From Camelus dromedarius (taxonomy: Eukaryota): a stretch of 64,000 nucleotides of DNA. The stretch is taken from positions 89,902,001 to 89,966,000 of the forward strand of contig NC_087437.1 of the NCBI RefSeq assembly GCF_036321535.1, in the 5' to 3' direction. A program made the translations under genes and the position numbers. The notes under the pieces are model-generated. The model was not told the origin of the DNA. It saw only the letters and a list, made by a program, of their open reading frames with translations, and did no database searches. This document shows positions 1 through 13,729 of this stretch, one piece after another; within the stretch, counting starts at the first letter, position 1; the number at the start of each line of letters is the position of its first letter.

Positions 1-59
1 CACCATTCTTGGAGGAGGAGGGAAGAAAAGGTGTCAGCACACACCTCCTAGATGGTAAG

Positions 60-430
60 ATGGTTAGTCAGGTTCCTGAAAGGTGAATAGAGTCCTCAGG
101 CAAAGAACAGAATGTGCAAAGGCATGAAAAAAATATCACTTGCAGGGCCCTGATAATACTCCATCTGGGAAGAATGGGGCAACTGTAGGGAGATGAGACA
201 TGAAAGGTAGGCTGGGAACAGCTGGAGAGCTATTTAGAAATCAGAGGTGGGGGAGTGGCAAGAGGATTTGCATCTTATGAAGGAAACACTGAACTCAATT
301 TGAAGGATATACTGGAAAGAGAGTGGGAGGGAATATTTGAGATGCTGAGACCATTTTAGTGATTATTACAGCTGCACAGTAACTGAGGGTAAAGTGGCAA
401 TTGTGAGAATGAAGAAAGAGATGAATTCCT
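60..430 (-). mobile_element. L2 LINE fragment (old)
   Basis: Purine-rich stretch with the L2-like motif 'agaacagaatgtgcaaaggcatg'; highly diverged. Confidence 0.5.
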
Positions 431-2875
431 GACTAACAGAAATCTCTCGAAATTGTTTCACTTTTTATCATACTGCTTTTTAATCATTATCCCATTCTTG
501 GTACATCTAGAACCAAAAAAAAATCACCTACATTTTCAGCATTTTAAAGTTAAATATTATTTTAAATTAATTGTTTAAATGTAATTGTTTATCAATAATC
601 AATAAGTGAACAGATATCAAACTCTTCTGTCAAAGTATTGCTTATGCTGTAGTTAGCAATCTCATTTTGAAGATTTAACTGCCATAGAAATTTGGCATAG
701 ATTTATTCTAACAAACTTTGAAATGTCCCCAAAAAACTCAAATATATTAAATCCTTTTGGAACTAAGGTAGATATAAACAAACAAGTAATAAAATTACCT
801 ACTCGTTTAACTAAATGAGAGAAATAATAACATATAATGGCATCTTGCTTTTAGTTAAAGACAACAATATATTACAAGTATTTATATTTACTCTCTCTAT
901 GTGAAACTAAAACTTAAAACTGTTATTATTTTCGGTAAAACTTTAAAAAATGACTTTGGGGTACCTATAAAATCCAAAAAGTGTCTCCTATAGGCCTTGG
1001 TATAATCTTCATTTTATTTTGTACAGCTACCTGAGATTTTCTTCATTAACATTCTTTTAATTTGGTCATCTGAGCTAGTAGTCATTTACTTTTTAGTATG
1101 AGATAGTTTATCCAGAATTGCCCTCTTCTTCACATAACTAGGGTAATAAAGAAGGCATAGACCCTTTATATCATGAAAAACTCTGGCAGCTGGCCAACTG
1201 AGATAGCCTCCATCACATGAAGCTCCCACTGAATGCCTCACAGGGAGGCTATGCTCAAGGCAAAGTTGTACAATGAGAATCTGGTCTCACTAGCATCTTT
1301 TTTCTTTTAGGTCCCTGTGCTCCTAGTTGCATTTAAAATTGAAAACTAGTCAAATTTATTTAAACCCAAAGTCCCGCATGATCTCATTTACCCCCAAACT
1401 GAAAAATCCATAATCAGACAGCATTCTCCAGATCTACAAGGAAGTCAATCCTTAATCTAATATGTTGCCAGCCATACTGAAAGGTCAGCAGCTGATAATC
1501 CTCAGAGCACTGCCACCAAAGATACTTTCAAAATACCAAAGAAGAAGGCTTATATTTCAATGTTAATTTATTATCAGAGGCAAAGCTCTTACTCCTGAAT
1601 TACAGCTATGGAACTGCAAATTAACAACCCCCAAGTGGAGGACGGTCATGCTCCCAGGTCGCAGCAATAGTTAAAACTGCTGCAATGCAATACAATTCAG
1701 TACTTTCTCAAAGAGCTGAAGTCTTTAAAATCTCATTTAACAATCCTAACCTTCACTCTGAAAGTGATGTTTGCTCAGTAAATGAAAGTTAAAATTGAGC
1801 AGTTGTACCTCTTGCTTCCTTTTTTTAAAAAGGAGTTTGATTATAGTTTATAATCATCTAAGGACTGGAAGTCATAAATTTAAAGAGAGAAAGGGGAAAA
1901 AGTGCACCATACATGCTGGTCAGTTTTCTCTTTGGAAATATCTGATCTTATTCTGTGTCAAAGTCTATCTGTCCATGATGTTATTTTTAAACCTTGAAGA
2001 AGGAGGAAACTGATTGATCTTAAACGATTTCTAAAAACCTATTTTTCCCCCATACTTTGCCCATTATAAGCCACAGGGATCAACCTGCCCCCTGCTGATA
2101 AACTCCATAGTTTGGAAACACTAATCAAACAAGATAGTGAAATGATCAAAGTGTAGTAGTCTGATGCCTCCATTCAGTGTACGACATATCTGTGAACTGA
2201 AGGAGAGCAGGAGATTTCAAATAAAGACTAAAAGAACTCTTTTAAAGCATTTTTTTTGTACTTGAAAATTTGTTCATTTTGAGCTATAAAAAAACAGGAG
2301 AGCTAAAAGCCTAATAAATTCCTTTGATCTGGACATGGCAAGTTCTTAAAGAGAAAGCCTAAAAGGTTGCAGACTGTCTGCTGTTCCCTAAAAATTAAAA
2401 TCCAGCAAAGCATCACTTCATCTCCCCACTGCCTCCCTGCCCCCACCAACATACTATGTATTCCATCCATTTTAGAAAGACTAGAAACTACCAGAAATGA
2501 TTAGAGTAACATATAAATCTACTCAAATATTTTGACCAAGAATACAGGAATCTCTCACCACTTTTGTAGTCCCAGAGAGGGCACCTCTCATCAGGGGCCT
2601 CTCCTGGAAACAGATGAATCACTGGAATCATTTGGCATGAACAGAGGCAATGAATGAATGGGCATCTAAACCCTAAATATTCACTGGTGGAAAACTGATC
2701 ATTTAAATTACAGAGGTAATAGATTTTGAAGTAACGAAGTACAAACTGGATAAACAGGAGAATTTAAGATCATAAGAAGGCATTTAAACTCCTTTTTAAA
2801 AAAGCTGAAATCCTATGCTGGTTAAACAAAAATATGTTCATAGCTGCAGGTGATTCTCACTTTGTGCTCTAGTCT

Positions 2876-3046
2876 AAATGATGCTACTCAAAGTGAGGTC
2901 TACACAAGGGCTCCATCAGTCACATCTTGGAACTTGTTAGATACATCAAATTTTAGACCCTACCCCAGATCACCTGAATCAAAATCTGCATTTTAGCAAG
3001 ATTCTGGGTGACACAAATGGACATCAAACTTTGAGAAGCACTGCCC
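2876..3046. mobile_element. MER5-family (hAT-Charlie) MITE, MER5B-like
   Basis: 'tgctactcaaagtg...ccccagatcacctgaatcaaaatctgcattttagcaagattc...tttgagaagcactg' resembles the MER5 consensus, with degenerate TIRs. Confidence 0.8.
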
Positions 3047-3242
3047 TGGACTGATCATGTTTTTGATATTGGTCACAAGTTTTATTTCTAATTCACACCT
3101 GAATTTATTAGTAAATGTAAATATGACTAAAAGTTTTATAGAAAACTTTCTCTAGAATTCTGAGCTAAAGGAGGCCAGAAAATATAAATTTCCAGTAGCA
3201 CGCATTCCTGAAATGATTTTCCCCTTACATTTTTGCAGATTT

Positions 3243-3246
<4 letters not shown>

Positions 3247-3304
<58 letters not shown>
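3247..3304. repeat. Compound (TG)n(AG)n microsatellite
   Basis: Directly visible. Confidence 0.97.
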
Positions 3305-3844
3305 TATGTGTGTGGATGTTTTTCTGCATTATTTTTTGGTTTGCTTTTTTCCTTTTCAGTTAAATCGAGTTGATCCCAGAACTTTCATTGAAAATTTTTT
3401 CTTGAGCAATGTATTATTACATAAGGGATAAAATGATGAGTAACATATAGTCCATATCCTCAAGTATATTAAATTTTAGGAGACAACTAAACAATAATTC
3501 AAACCAACTATATAGCTGGCGGCTTGGTGATCAGGAATACATTATAATACTGTAAAGGAATAAAGAGAAAAATAGTGCAGTAGGCATATTCTAGTACACT
3601 GGAATACCCTCTTCGAGGAAACCACCACTTTCATTAAATAGTGAAAGAGTAAGGACAAGGCTGTACATTATATTTTCCAGAGGTGGGCTTAAGACCAGGC
3701 AGTGAAATCATAGGACTATATTCTTGACATTAAGGACAAAGCTGGACAAGAGATTCAAATATGTCCATCATAAACTACTGAAATGATATAAGGACCCTAA
3801 CAGAAATCAATTTTTTTTAACTGGAATCAAGAAAGATGTATGTT

Positions 3845-3885
3845 ATATATGTATATATACATACATACACACACACACACACATA
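3845..3885. repeat. (TA)/(TACA)/(CA) microsatellite
   Basis: Directly visible. Confidence 0.9.
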
Positions 3886-3959
3886 TGGAGAGAGATAAAT
3901 ACATGCAAATATTTATTTATAATAGTGTAAGTGTCCATCAACATATCTATGAATAAAAG

Positions 3960-4160
3960 CCCACATACAGAATGAAGCCAACTAAAGACACCAGGATATT
4001 AAGAGGAACAACTATAATGATATAATTTGTAACCTTGGGTCTAGACATGCCTAGACTGAAATCCTAGACTGAAAATTCCTGATCTTTCAAGATATTAGAA
4101 CATTAAATTCCATTTCCATTAAAGGTAGTGTAAATTAGATTTCTGTAATGTAAAAATGGA
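3960..4160 (+). mobile_element. Old MaLR LTR 3' fragment (MLT1J/K/L-like)
   Basis: 'agaatgaagccaac...attaaattcc...tagatttctgtaa' resembles the MLT1 3' end; very diverged. Confidence 0.45.
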
Positions 4161-4279
4161 AGTCTCCTGCCTGTTAACAAAACTGACACTTACTGAGAAT
4201 GCTTTATATAAGAGGAGTATACCATGACCTGTTAATGGTAATAAATTACTTGACTTATTCCTACAATGCACTATGTACA

Positions 4280-4385
4280 TCAACATATGTATTATTATCC
4301 TCACTTTATTGACAAGAAAATTGAGGATGAGAGATTAAGTAAGTAGAGATAATTATTAAGATCTGGGTTTAAATCCCTTCTGTTT
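4280..4385 (-). mobile_element. MIR SINE fragment
   Basis: 'ttattatcctcactttattgacaagaaaattgagg...gattaagtaa' is the MIR core in antisense. Confidence 0.65.
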
Positions 4386-4479
4386 GTGTTATCCAGATCT
4401 GTGTCACCTTAAAAAGTTTGATGAGAAAAAGTACTAGAATTTGCTATAAAAGGCCTAAAGAGGGAGAGAGAAGATACAA

Positions 4480-4890
4480 CTAGCCAGGAGATTAGGAAAG
4501 TCTTCACAGAAGAGATGCCTTTAATCTGAGGACAGAGGCCGTGGGAGAATTTCAAAAAGTTAAGAACATTCAAGAAAAATAAAACTGTATGAATACTTGC
4601 TTAGTTGTAGTAGATTTAGGACATATTCAGAATCAGTGCAAACTGTTTTGAATACAGGGAGATGGAACTGGGAGTCTAGACTGAATAGACTAGTTGATAC
4701 CATACTGTATATCTCTAAATTCAAGGTGTTCAGTTTGGACTTAATTCACTGAAAATTCCTGAGCTGAGCCATGGGTTGATGAGACTTTCACTTGAGTGAC
4801 TGATTTAGTTATGATGTGTAGTTTGGATACAAGAGGAAGAGACAGGACACAAAATGCTCACATAGGAAGAAATTTTAATAGTCTGGGTCC
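4480..4890 (-). mobile_element. L2 fragment
   Basis: 'ggaaagtcttcacagaagagatg...tttggacttaattc' L2-like motifs. Confidence 0.55.
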
Positions 4891-5310
4891 ATTTTGCTTA
4901 AACATGTCAGAGTTATATGTAAATAAATTCTAATTATTGATAATGACAGATGGATCTATGGAAGTTTCATTTATTCTATTTTTTTCTCATAATTTTTTTA
5001 AAGAACAATGTTCATACAATGACATATAGCAACAAGAAATTTAAATAGTTAAACTTCCTAATTAGTTAAGATCATGCATGCTTTTAACAACAGAAATACG
5101 TAACTTTTATTTTAAAATGTATATACTCCAGTATTATATATGTGAGATGCTTTTAGAATATCAGTGTTTCAAGGTGTGGAGGGGATGGGAGCAGGGAAAC
5201 TGAGTAGGGGGTGAAAGGCTTGAACTAGGTTAGTGAAGAGGAGAATAAAAAGAAGGGGGGCCTTTGGAACAATATGAGGGAGGTGTCAGTGGTAAGAGGA
5301 AGATGAACTG

Positions 5311-5495
5311 CAGCAGTTTTCAAAATGGGGTCCCTGCAGCAGTGTTAGCATCAAATGGGAAACTGTTACAAATGCATATTCTTGGGCTCCATCTCAGATC
5401 TACTGACTAAGAAACTTAGGGAACAGAGCCCAACAATCTGTGTTTTAATAAGCACTTCTGGTGATTCTGATGCACTTAAAATTGGAGAGTCACTA
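5311..5495. mobile_element. MER5A MITE
   Basis: 'cagcagttttcaaaatggggtcc...aaatgcatattcttgggctcc...aatctgtgttttaataagc...ggtgattctgatgcac...gagagtcact'. Confidence 0.85.
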
Positions 5496-5569
5496 TCTAC
5501 ATCTGGTTAGGAACATGGTGCTGGGTTTACATTCATGATTCTTTTACTCTCTCTCTCACTCTCATTCTC

Positions 5570-6720
5570 ATTCTCTTAAGCTGACTCCACTAAGGCTTTT
5601 GTCCCCACAAATTCACTGAGCTGCTCCTGTCAAGGTCATCAGTGACTTTCAGGATGCTTAATCTAATGGTTAATTCTCAGTCTAAGTCTTACTTACAGTA
5701 ACATTGAACAACATTGATCCTTCCTTAAATGTTTGAAATGCTTCCCTTGCTTGGCTCGTGGGATGGTGACTTCTTATTTTTTTCCTAAGTTACTGGTCAC
5801 TCTTTTTGAGTCTTGTTTGCTGCCTTAGCCTCGTCTTATAAATCTCCTGAAGTTCAAGTGTTCCAATGTTTGGACTGGTTCTCTAGTGGAAATTCCTCCT
5901 TAAGCAATGCCATATACTCTCATAAATTTAAAAACCATCTATATTCTGCTTTTTCCAAAAAGATCTATTATCTGAACTCCAGAATAGTGTATTTAACATA
6001 TCCTTTTGAATATCTAATACGTATCACAAATCTAAATTGTCTAAAATTCCTGATCTTCCCCTTGACAAACCTGTTACTCCCTTTAGTTTTTCCCTTCTCA
6101 GAAACCAACACTCACCATGTTCCTGTCACTTAAGTCAAAAACCTTGAGATCCTTTTACATTCCTCTTATTTACTCACATACAATAGCCAAGACATCAAAT
6201 GATACTGTAAGTTCCATCATCAAAATATACCTAGAATAATTCAATTTCTTACCCCTTCCACTATTACTGCCTTTGCCTGGGTCACTGTCATCTGCTTTTT
6301 TCAATAGCTTTTTATTGGTCTCCCTATCTCTACCCCTGCCAGTGAAAGTGTACTCTAAACTCATCAGCCTGGGAGAAGATCAGATTACACCTGTATTCAA
6401 ATCCCTTCCAGGGTTTACTTCATTCCCAGTAAAAGTCAATAATCTGCATAATAATCTCTAATACCCTCATTTTTTTGCTACCAGCAACATCAACATCACT
6501 GTGTTGGACATGCAGAATCTGAGGCACCATTCTAGATTTTCTGAATTTAAATCTGCATTTTAAAAGATCCCCAAGTTATTCATACGCAAATTGACATTTG
6601 AGAAAAATCAACATAAATAATCTTCCACTTCTCTTCCTCTGACTTCATTTTCTATCACTTTCTCCCATCACTCTCTGTATTCCTCTTTGCTATTAGGACC
6701 TTTGTATTTGCTGTGTGCAT
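5570..6720 (+). mobile_element. L2 (L2a-like) fragment, interrupted by a MER5 fragment near 6480-6605
   Basis: Long pyrimidine-rich L2 motifs such as 'ctgctcctgtcaaggtcatcagtgac' and 'aagtcaaaaaccttgagatcc'. Confidence 0.8.
6480..6605. mobile_element. MER5B-like fragment nested in L2
   Basis: 'atgcagaatctgaggcacc...aatctgcattttaaaagatccccaagttattcatacgca'. Confidence 0.7.
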
Positions 6721-6724
6721 TAAA

Positions 6725-6993
6725 ACTGAGTCAGTCCAACAGTCACTGAGGAACTGAATGCTGACATTAACCACCACAAGTGGGTTTAGAAGCAGACCAT
6801 TCACTAGCCAAGCCTTGTGATGACTGCACCAGCCCCAAACCTTAATTTTAGCTTTGTAAGATACTCTGAATCAAAGGATCCAGCTAAGCTGAGCCTAAGA
6901 TTCTTAATTCAAATAAACTGTGACATAAACATGTGTTGTTTGAAAGCACTAAGTTTTGGGTTGGTTTGTTAACATTCAATAGATAACTAATGC
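6725..6993 (+). mobile_element. MaLR LTR 3' part (MLT1E/F-like)
   Basis: 'gaggaactgaatgctg...ccagctaagctgagcc...aagcactaagttttggg...caatagataactaatgca' MLT1 3' terminus. Confidence 0.8.
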
Positions 6994-8216
6994 ATATGTT
7001 GCATGCTGGCTCCTGCTTCTAGAAAGCCCTAACCAATTAATAGACCTTTGAAACAATTACTAAGATCACGGTGAGGGTGTAAGGGAAGCAGTCATTGCGA
7101 CTCTTGGGTCTCAATATATGCACCCCATAACTGGGTAAATAAGAATGACCTCATAAACCATTTTTTAATTTAATTAATAGACTAATGTAATCAAATGATA
7201 AGATTATAGAATGTAAATCATAAGTGTGGTCAGAGTTTAGAAAGAAAAAGTCTAGGAAGGTTTGGGACCCATCATGGTTTAGTATGACCTGAACTTCACT
7301 TAAAGAAAGATAAGTCTATACAGAAATTTATACAATCTCTAAAGAAGACAAAACAACTGAAAATATTTTATTATAATCCATTTTCAACATTTTTATTATA
7401 TCTGAAATCACTATTTGTCCTTCTTCATCTCTCTTTCCTTATAGTCTTATGGAAGTCTTTATTTGCCTCCTAAAAATCATTTCTATCAGGCTTCCTCTTT
7501 ATCCAAATTCCTTCCTGTTAATTCACTGTGCCTTTATATTGCCCAGAGTACAAAATATGTAAGTAAAATCACTGTTATAAATCTTCAGGGACTGGAAAAA
7601 TTAAACAGGTAGATTACAAATCCCCAAAGATAAGACTGATTTGCAACCTGCTTTCTTCCTTGTTATTGCTCTTGTTAAGCGACCTTTAATATGGCCTGCA
7701 GGTATCAATAAACTCAGGAATAGCAATGAGACATTTACATTGACTCTCAGCTCAATAGAAAATGTTTCTTGCCTTTTCCAGAATGTATTTAATTAGTACT
7801 ATTTGAATTTTTGAAATGAATTAAATTATTCCATACTTGTGATGTGGTATGGTTTATACAAGATACATTTTTACGTATGCTGTAGCTCTGAAGAAATGCA
7901 ATAAAATAATTTATTTCATATTTCATTTTGAAAAGTTATTCAAACCATGAACCTTAACCTTGGTGGACCATACTCAATACATTCCTTTCAATCTCAACAG
8001 GCAGAGATGGAGATATACTTCGGAGCCAATTTCAATCAAGCTATCAGCAAACCAGTGCTGCAAGAGCGGAATTTACAAAGAAGTATATACAATGTGCTAT
8101 TAAGAGGGCATCTTTCTCTAGAAAATTAACATCGTGGTACATTCTAAAATCAAACAAACCCTTGTTCATCAAACACCAGGGAGAAAATAAATGTCTTGCA
8201 ACCACATCATCTAAAG

Positions 8217-8414
8217 TACTGTTTCTCAAACTTTAGTACCAACAGAATCACCTTGATGGTATTTAGGCGTATTAAAACTCAGATTGCTGGGCTCCATTCC
8301 CAGAATTTCTGACTCAGCAGATACAATTTGTATTTCTAACAAGTTCCCAGGTGACAATGATGCTGTATGTCCACACTTTGAGAACAGTTGGTGGCCACAC
8401 TGTGAGGACCATTG
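8217..8414. mobile_element. MER5A MITE with apparently duplicated terminus
   Basis: 'gtttctcaaactttag...agattgctgggctcc...atttctaacaagttcccaggtga'; 'ccacactttgagaac' and 'ccacactgtgaggacc' occur in tandem. Confidence 0.85.
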
Positions 8415-9054
8415 ATCTGGAGAAATCATATTTAACATTTTGGCATTTATCTTTCCAAAAGATTTTTTTTATCCTAAAATATAATTTATGTATAGAAATA
8501 CCTACAAATTCATATAGTCATATATTCAAACACAAATTAGTATCTTTTGTTGTTTGAACTGTTTTTTTGTCTTTTGCTTTATTTAGTAGAATATTATAGC
8601 ATTACTCCATGTTATTACATGTACTTGCTTGTCTTTTCCAATACTATTAGCAAAGGCTGTTCAGAAAATAGGTCTTGATTACTTGCAACATTTGTCACAG
8701 AAATGTTTCTCCCTACTTCCTCATCGTGTAATGGGTATACATGAAGATCTCAACTTCTCCTGGAGGAATTTTTCAAAGTTCCCCCCTTGTGCCCTTAGTG
8801 CACAGGGGAAGCTGAATGCTGAGACCATAATCTTCTGCCATATATATAGGATATTCAGTTACCTGAACAGTAACAATGATTGAGGAACTAAAATAAGTGG
8901 TAAAAAAGAACTAACATACAAGACAGAATATAACAAGATCGTTTTAATTATATGGAATTAGAGCTACTAGGATTTAAAAGGAGAGGCAAGGACTCGCTCC
9001 AGAAATGAAGAGATTTCAGAGAAGACACTTGAACAAGTCTGAAAAGGCCTTACA

Positions 9055-9460
9055 GTGGTGACTGTCATGACTATTGATTGCTTCCTTGCTCTCCTTCAAT
9101 CCTGATTTCTCCCCAGTCCTCTCCCATCTGCTCCTGCTCCCAAAGACCAGGTTGTCCTGTTGTGCAATGTGACAGAACCTCTTCTGACCAAAGCTAACCA
9201 GTACTGGACCAAATAAGAGTAAATCCATAACTGGACTGAGCCAACTAACTTTTAGAATTTGAACCATGAGAAACAGAAAGTGAATGAGCTCAGAATGGCA
9301 GAACTCAAGACGAGAGCCTTTGGTGATCTGCCAGTTACTCTGGTGACGTCCATTTTTAAGCCTTTCCTTAATTCTATGAATACATATTCTTATAATAAAT
9401 TCTTTCTCTTAAGATATCAAGTAATTATAATTTTTGTAACTAAATGCACCCTAAAACAGT
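9055..9460 (+). mobile_element. Old ERVL/MaLR-type solo LTR
   Basis: LTR-like 3' end 'aataaattctttctcttaag...ttgtaactaaatgcaccctaaaaca'. Confidence 0.5.
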
Positions 9461-12400
9461 GATATCTGGATCAGTATCACAATGAAGCATAATAACTAAA
9501 TGTTGATCATTTTAAGAATATATTTTTTTCACAGATTTCAAGACATGGAAAATAGAACTTCCTGAAAAACAGAATGCAATCTAGAAATTCAGAAGCAACA
9601 CATATCTCAGCCATACTTCGTGGCTACTTGTTAGCTTTTCTGTTCTATAAAATAATTTAGAATGATCATTTCAAGGACTCTACAAAAATATTACACTATA
9701 TATAATCCTAAATAGCACATATAATCGTTTACTCCTAAATAACTAGAAAAAAACTCTTAAGAAACAGAAGTGGTCTCAGAAAGTAGAGATTAATGTTAAG
9801 ATGTCCATTATAGAAAAAATAATGCTAATCTCTTCTCTTAGGAATCGGTCAAGCGCTTAAATTCAAATAACTCTTTCTGTAATGTACTTATTGTCTAAAT
9901 TGCTTCTATTATTGCTTTAAAACACATTTTATTTTAAATGATCTCAATCTCCATACAGAAGGATGTTACTCTGTTAAAAAAAAAAAAATTCCCCCAGACA
10001 GCCTGGTCAACTTTTTTTTCTAAAGAGAAGGGAAGTAGAATATGTAAATATATACATCATCAAAACAGTAAGGTATTTCTTTTTTTTTTTTTTTTTTTAC
10101 ATCACATGAAATCCACTGTGGGAGGGAAAAAGAGTGAGGGAAGTTTTATGAGTCTGAATTTTAAGTAAAAATATAACAACCTAAACTACTATTCTTGACA
10201 TACTATTTACTTCTTTGAATATTACATGACTTTTACAAAAGCAAAATTCAAAAACACATCAAAAGAAAAAATACTAATATTTTTATAATGGATGTGTATG
10301 TATGTATGTAAAACTAAGCCATTCAGGTGAAATCTCAGAATTAGAGAAAATGTTCAATGATTATTAGACTTCTCCTCAGAGTGAATATAACATTTCTCTA
10401 TAAAATTTTTCTTAATAGCATTTCTATAAAAGTTCCTTTAGGTTTAAACAAAGCCAACAGAGTTATTTGTTCCATATCATAAATGATTTTTATACAGTAA
10501 GGCGGGCATAAAGAATCAGGTATAATTTAAGGACTCTAGTTTTAAACTAATATTTTATCCACCACACTGTAGTAAGATATATTATACTTCTATTCCTTTC
10601 TTCCTTTGTATTCCATTACCCTTTTCTGGTTTCCAGGCATGGAAGAAAAAACACAAAAAACCTTCAAGAGCAAATTAAAATACTACGTAAATGAAGCAAA
10701 TACTACTTACAACACTCAGCTTAAAGACAAGAGGACAATTAAAACATCAAAACACTGTCTACTTAAAGATTATTTTAATAATCACTATTTATTTGACAGA
10801 CTAGCATAACCTGTGTACTGCCTAGTGGTAACGGTGAGACATTAAATAGGAAAAAATATGTCATATCAATGAAACTAATTGAAAGTGAAGAGATGGAAAA
10901 TTTTAATTAACTTTGTGAACTGGCTTTGTCTCTGCCAATTACCTAAATTACACTATCAAAACATGGACAGAAATCTGTATTCAAGTTCAGACAAGAGCAC
11001 TGTGAAAAAGTTCCTTGATGTGCAGGAGATAATTCCATTTATTTATTGATTTAATATACAATTGAAATGATTTAATAGAAATGTAGAATAAATGAAGGAG
11101 GAAATACATGTGGGATACTAGATAAATTATAAAAGTAGACTGACTTAACCCCAGTAAAGACCTACAGGTATAAGAACACTGGACTGAGTAGCAAATCAAT
11201 TCCTTCCTTTTATTTTTGTAGACATGTGAAATATTGATCACAGCTGATGTTCAATGACAACAGATATCTACTTGACTCTTCAGTTTTTTAAGTACAGAAA
11301 TGTCTGAAGATAATTAGTATTCTAAACATAATTATAAAATAAAATGCATCTGAACTATTTTTTTGCCTCTTGTACTATGTGAGCACATAATACACATTAT
11401 TTTAAGATGGCATTTGATTAAAATCAACTGGAAACATAAAAACATTTACATGTTGAAGAGTTTCCTCAAATTTTCAAATCACAAAAATATTCACTTTCCA
11501 AAAATTTCCTCAAGTTTCCAAAACAGATGAACTTCAAATTGATTTTACAAATGTATATATTCAATAAATTATTGGGATTTACTATGAATAAGGCACCATT
11601 CTAGGCACAAGAAATCATACAATGAAAATTTTTGAGGCAAAAGGAAGACTTTGTGATTATCTGGATACTAGGATTACAAAAAGGCGTCATCTTCTGTGCT
11701 AAAGCCAAGTGATATTCAATGGCTATGTGGTGAAATTTTGGACAAATATTCCAAGTTTTGAGTAAGAAAGAATACATGACTGATTATCTGAGTCTTCCAT
11801 GGGGGTGTAGCGAGGGGTGAGGTTGTGGGAATTTTTGTCTCTCATATTTGTCATCCCTGATCTAATTCAATTCCCTTCATATGACATCAAAGCCTAAACA
11901 TTAAATCATCCAAAATCGCAAATCCAACTAATGCCAGAAAAAGCCCTAGAACGAAGGTTTCCCAATTTCCATAGATTAAAAAAAATTATATATTATGTAC
12001 AGACATACTTTATATTTCTACAAGAGACCTATACCATATTTAATGTTTTACCATAAACCAAAGATAGACGGCACTCCAAAGACTTTATTTATTATTGCTA
12101 CTTTTTAAACAGAAACAAATTAGATTAGATCAACAACAGCAATATACATTGGCAGTTAATATGAAAGATATGTCTTATGATTACTTTATCTCCTAATTTT
12201 AAAGGTGGCCTGGTCTTTAAGTATAACAGATCTTGTGCTTTGAAGGGCAACTAGAAAGACTGCTACTCCAAATAATTTCCCTTCTTCCAGGTGTCATGGC
12301 ACCTAAAATCTATTCCTTTCTTTGGGTCTTCAAGACTTTTTAATGGATTATTTAGAGTGCCCCTTCCTAAAATGTAAAACACTTGGATAAAAACTACTTT

Positions 12401-13729
12401 ATGATTAGCTAATACATTTATAAGCATATGTGTGCTTAGGAGAGAGATACTGAATGGAAGAGTGGTTTTCTGGAGCTGGATTGGGAGAGGCGATGAAACT
12501 GAAGACAAATTGCCAGGTTCATAATTTCATTCTGTTGCAATGGAAGACTTCTCTTTTCAATAAGTCAGTTTTTGTAATCCTACTCCTACTGCTGGTTTGA
12601 CCAATGATCTCCTTCAGTAACTACTCACCAGTAAACAAATTAGGTTTTCAGGATTTTCAGAATAATTCTTTCAAGCAAATCGTATAAACATGAAAATTGC
12701 TTTTGGAGTGATTATCTGATATTTAACTGGGTTGGTACCTCCACAAACAATTCTAAAGCTAAGCACTCATTCAGTCTCCTAAAAAATGGTAAGATTTGAA
12801 GTCAGCTGTTACGGATACTCATATAAAGATTATGTTCTAAAGGAGAAGGAGATTCAAAGGCTTAAATATTCGAGTTTGACACTGAATACAATTTTAATCT
12901 CAGAGGCTATCTTCAATGACAAGGAATGTTCCACTAGGATCCTGTCTGAGCTAGAGTGCCTTGATTGATAAGGAAAGTCTACAAACAGAAATGTATTATT
13001 TGCTGAGTCTGGTCTAGATACTTCACTTTCCTAACTTATGAAGGCAGATCCAGTTCAAACACAATTCTAGAAGAGACTCCACAGCAAGGACATCTAAAGT
13101 CAAGAATGATCCATTTTGAGGATTTTTTTTAAAGAATATACTTAGGGAGTTCTCCCCTAAAAAGTTCAACTTTTCAAAATAAACAATTTTTTTGTTGTTG
13201 TTCTCTTTTCTCTTTGAATATTTTCATTTAAAATATCATTGTCTCATTCTTAAAACAGAAATAAATATCATATTCATAATGGAAAGGTATTTTTAACTTT
13301 TTAATTTCTTTTTACTTTTTGAAAGTTCAATTCAATATACATTATTTTATTATTATTTCTAAGATTGCTTTTATAAAGGGTATTAACAAAGAATATTTTT
13401 ATTTAAAAACAATCATTACAAATAATACTTAATTCTTTAAGTAAACATATCTTTATTATTACTCAGTGACTTTGATATAACCGTATCATAGCTTCCTTAC
13501 TAAACACAGAAGCAAATTTATATTTGTTTTTATATAGAAAACCAAATGAGTAGGAAAAATTGAATACTATTATCTAAATGCACAGTCTTTGCCTCAAAAG
13601 TCTAATGTGTTTAAAATATCATTTTCTTGAAAAATGTATTTGCTAGATAGAAAATTTTTATAATTTTATTACTTTATTTCCAATAAAGACTTCTGCTTAA
13701 AATTAATTTACAACGTAGCTACTTTTATA

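Noticed and set aside
7947..8129. 60-aa plus-strand ORF / possible exon in unique sequence
   Set aside because: No convincing donor site, no recognisable product, and it is on the opposite strand to the supported exons. It may still be conserved non-coding DNA.
10712..10745. 9-nt minus-strand microexon candidate (ctttaag|CTGAGTGTT|gtaagt)
   Set aside because: Motif pairs this short occur by chance; cannot be supported without RNA data.
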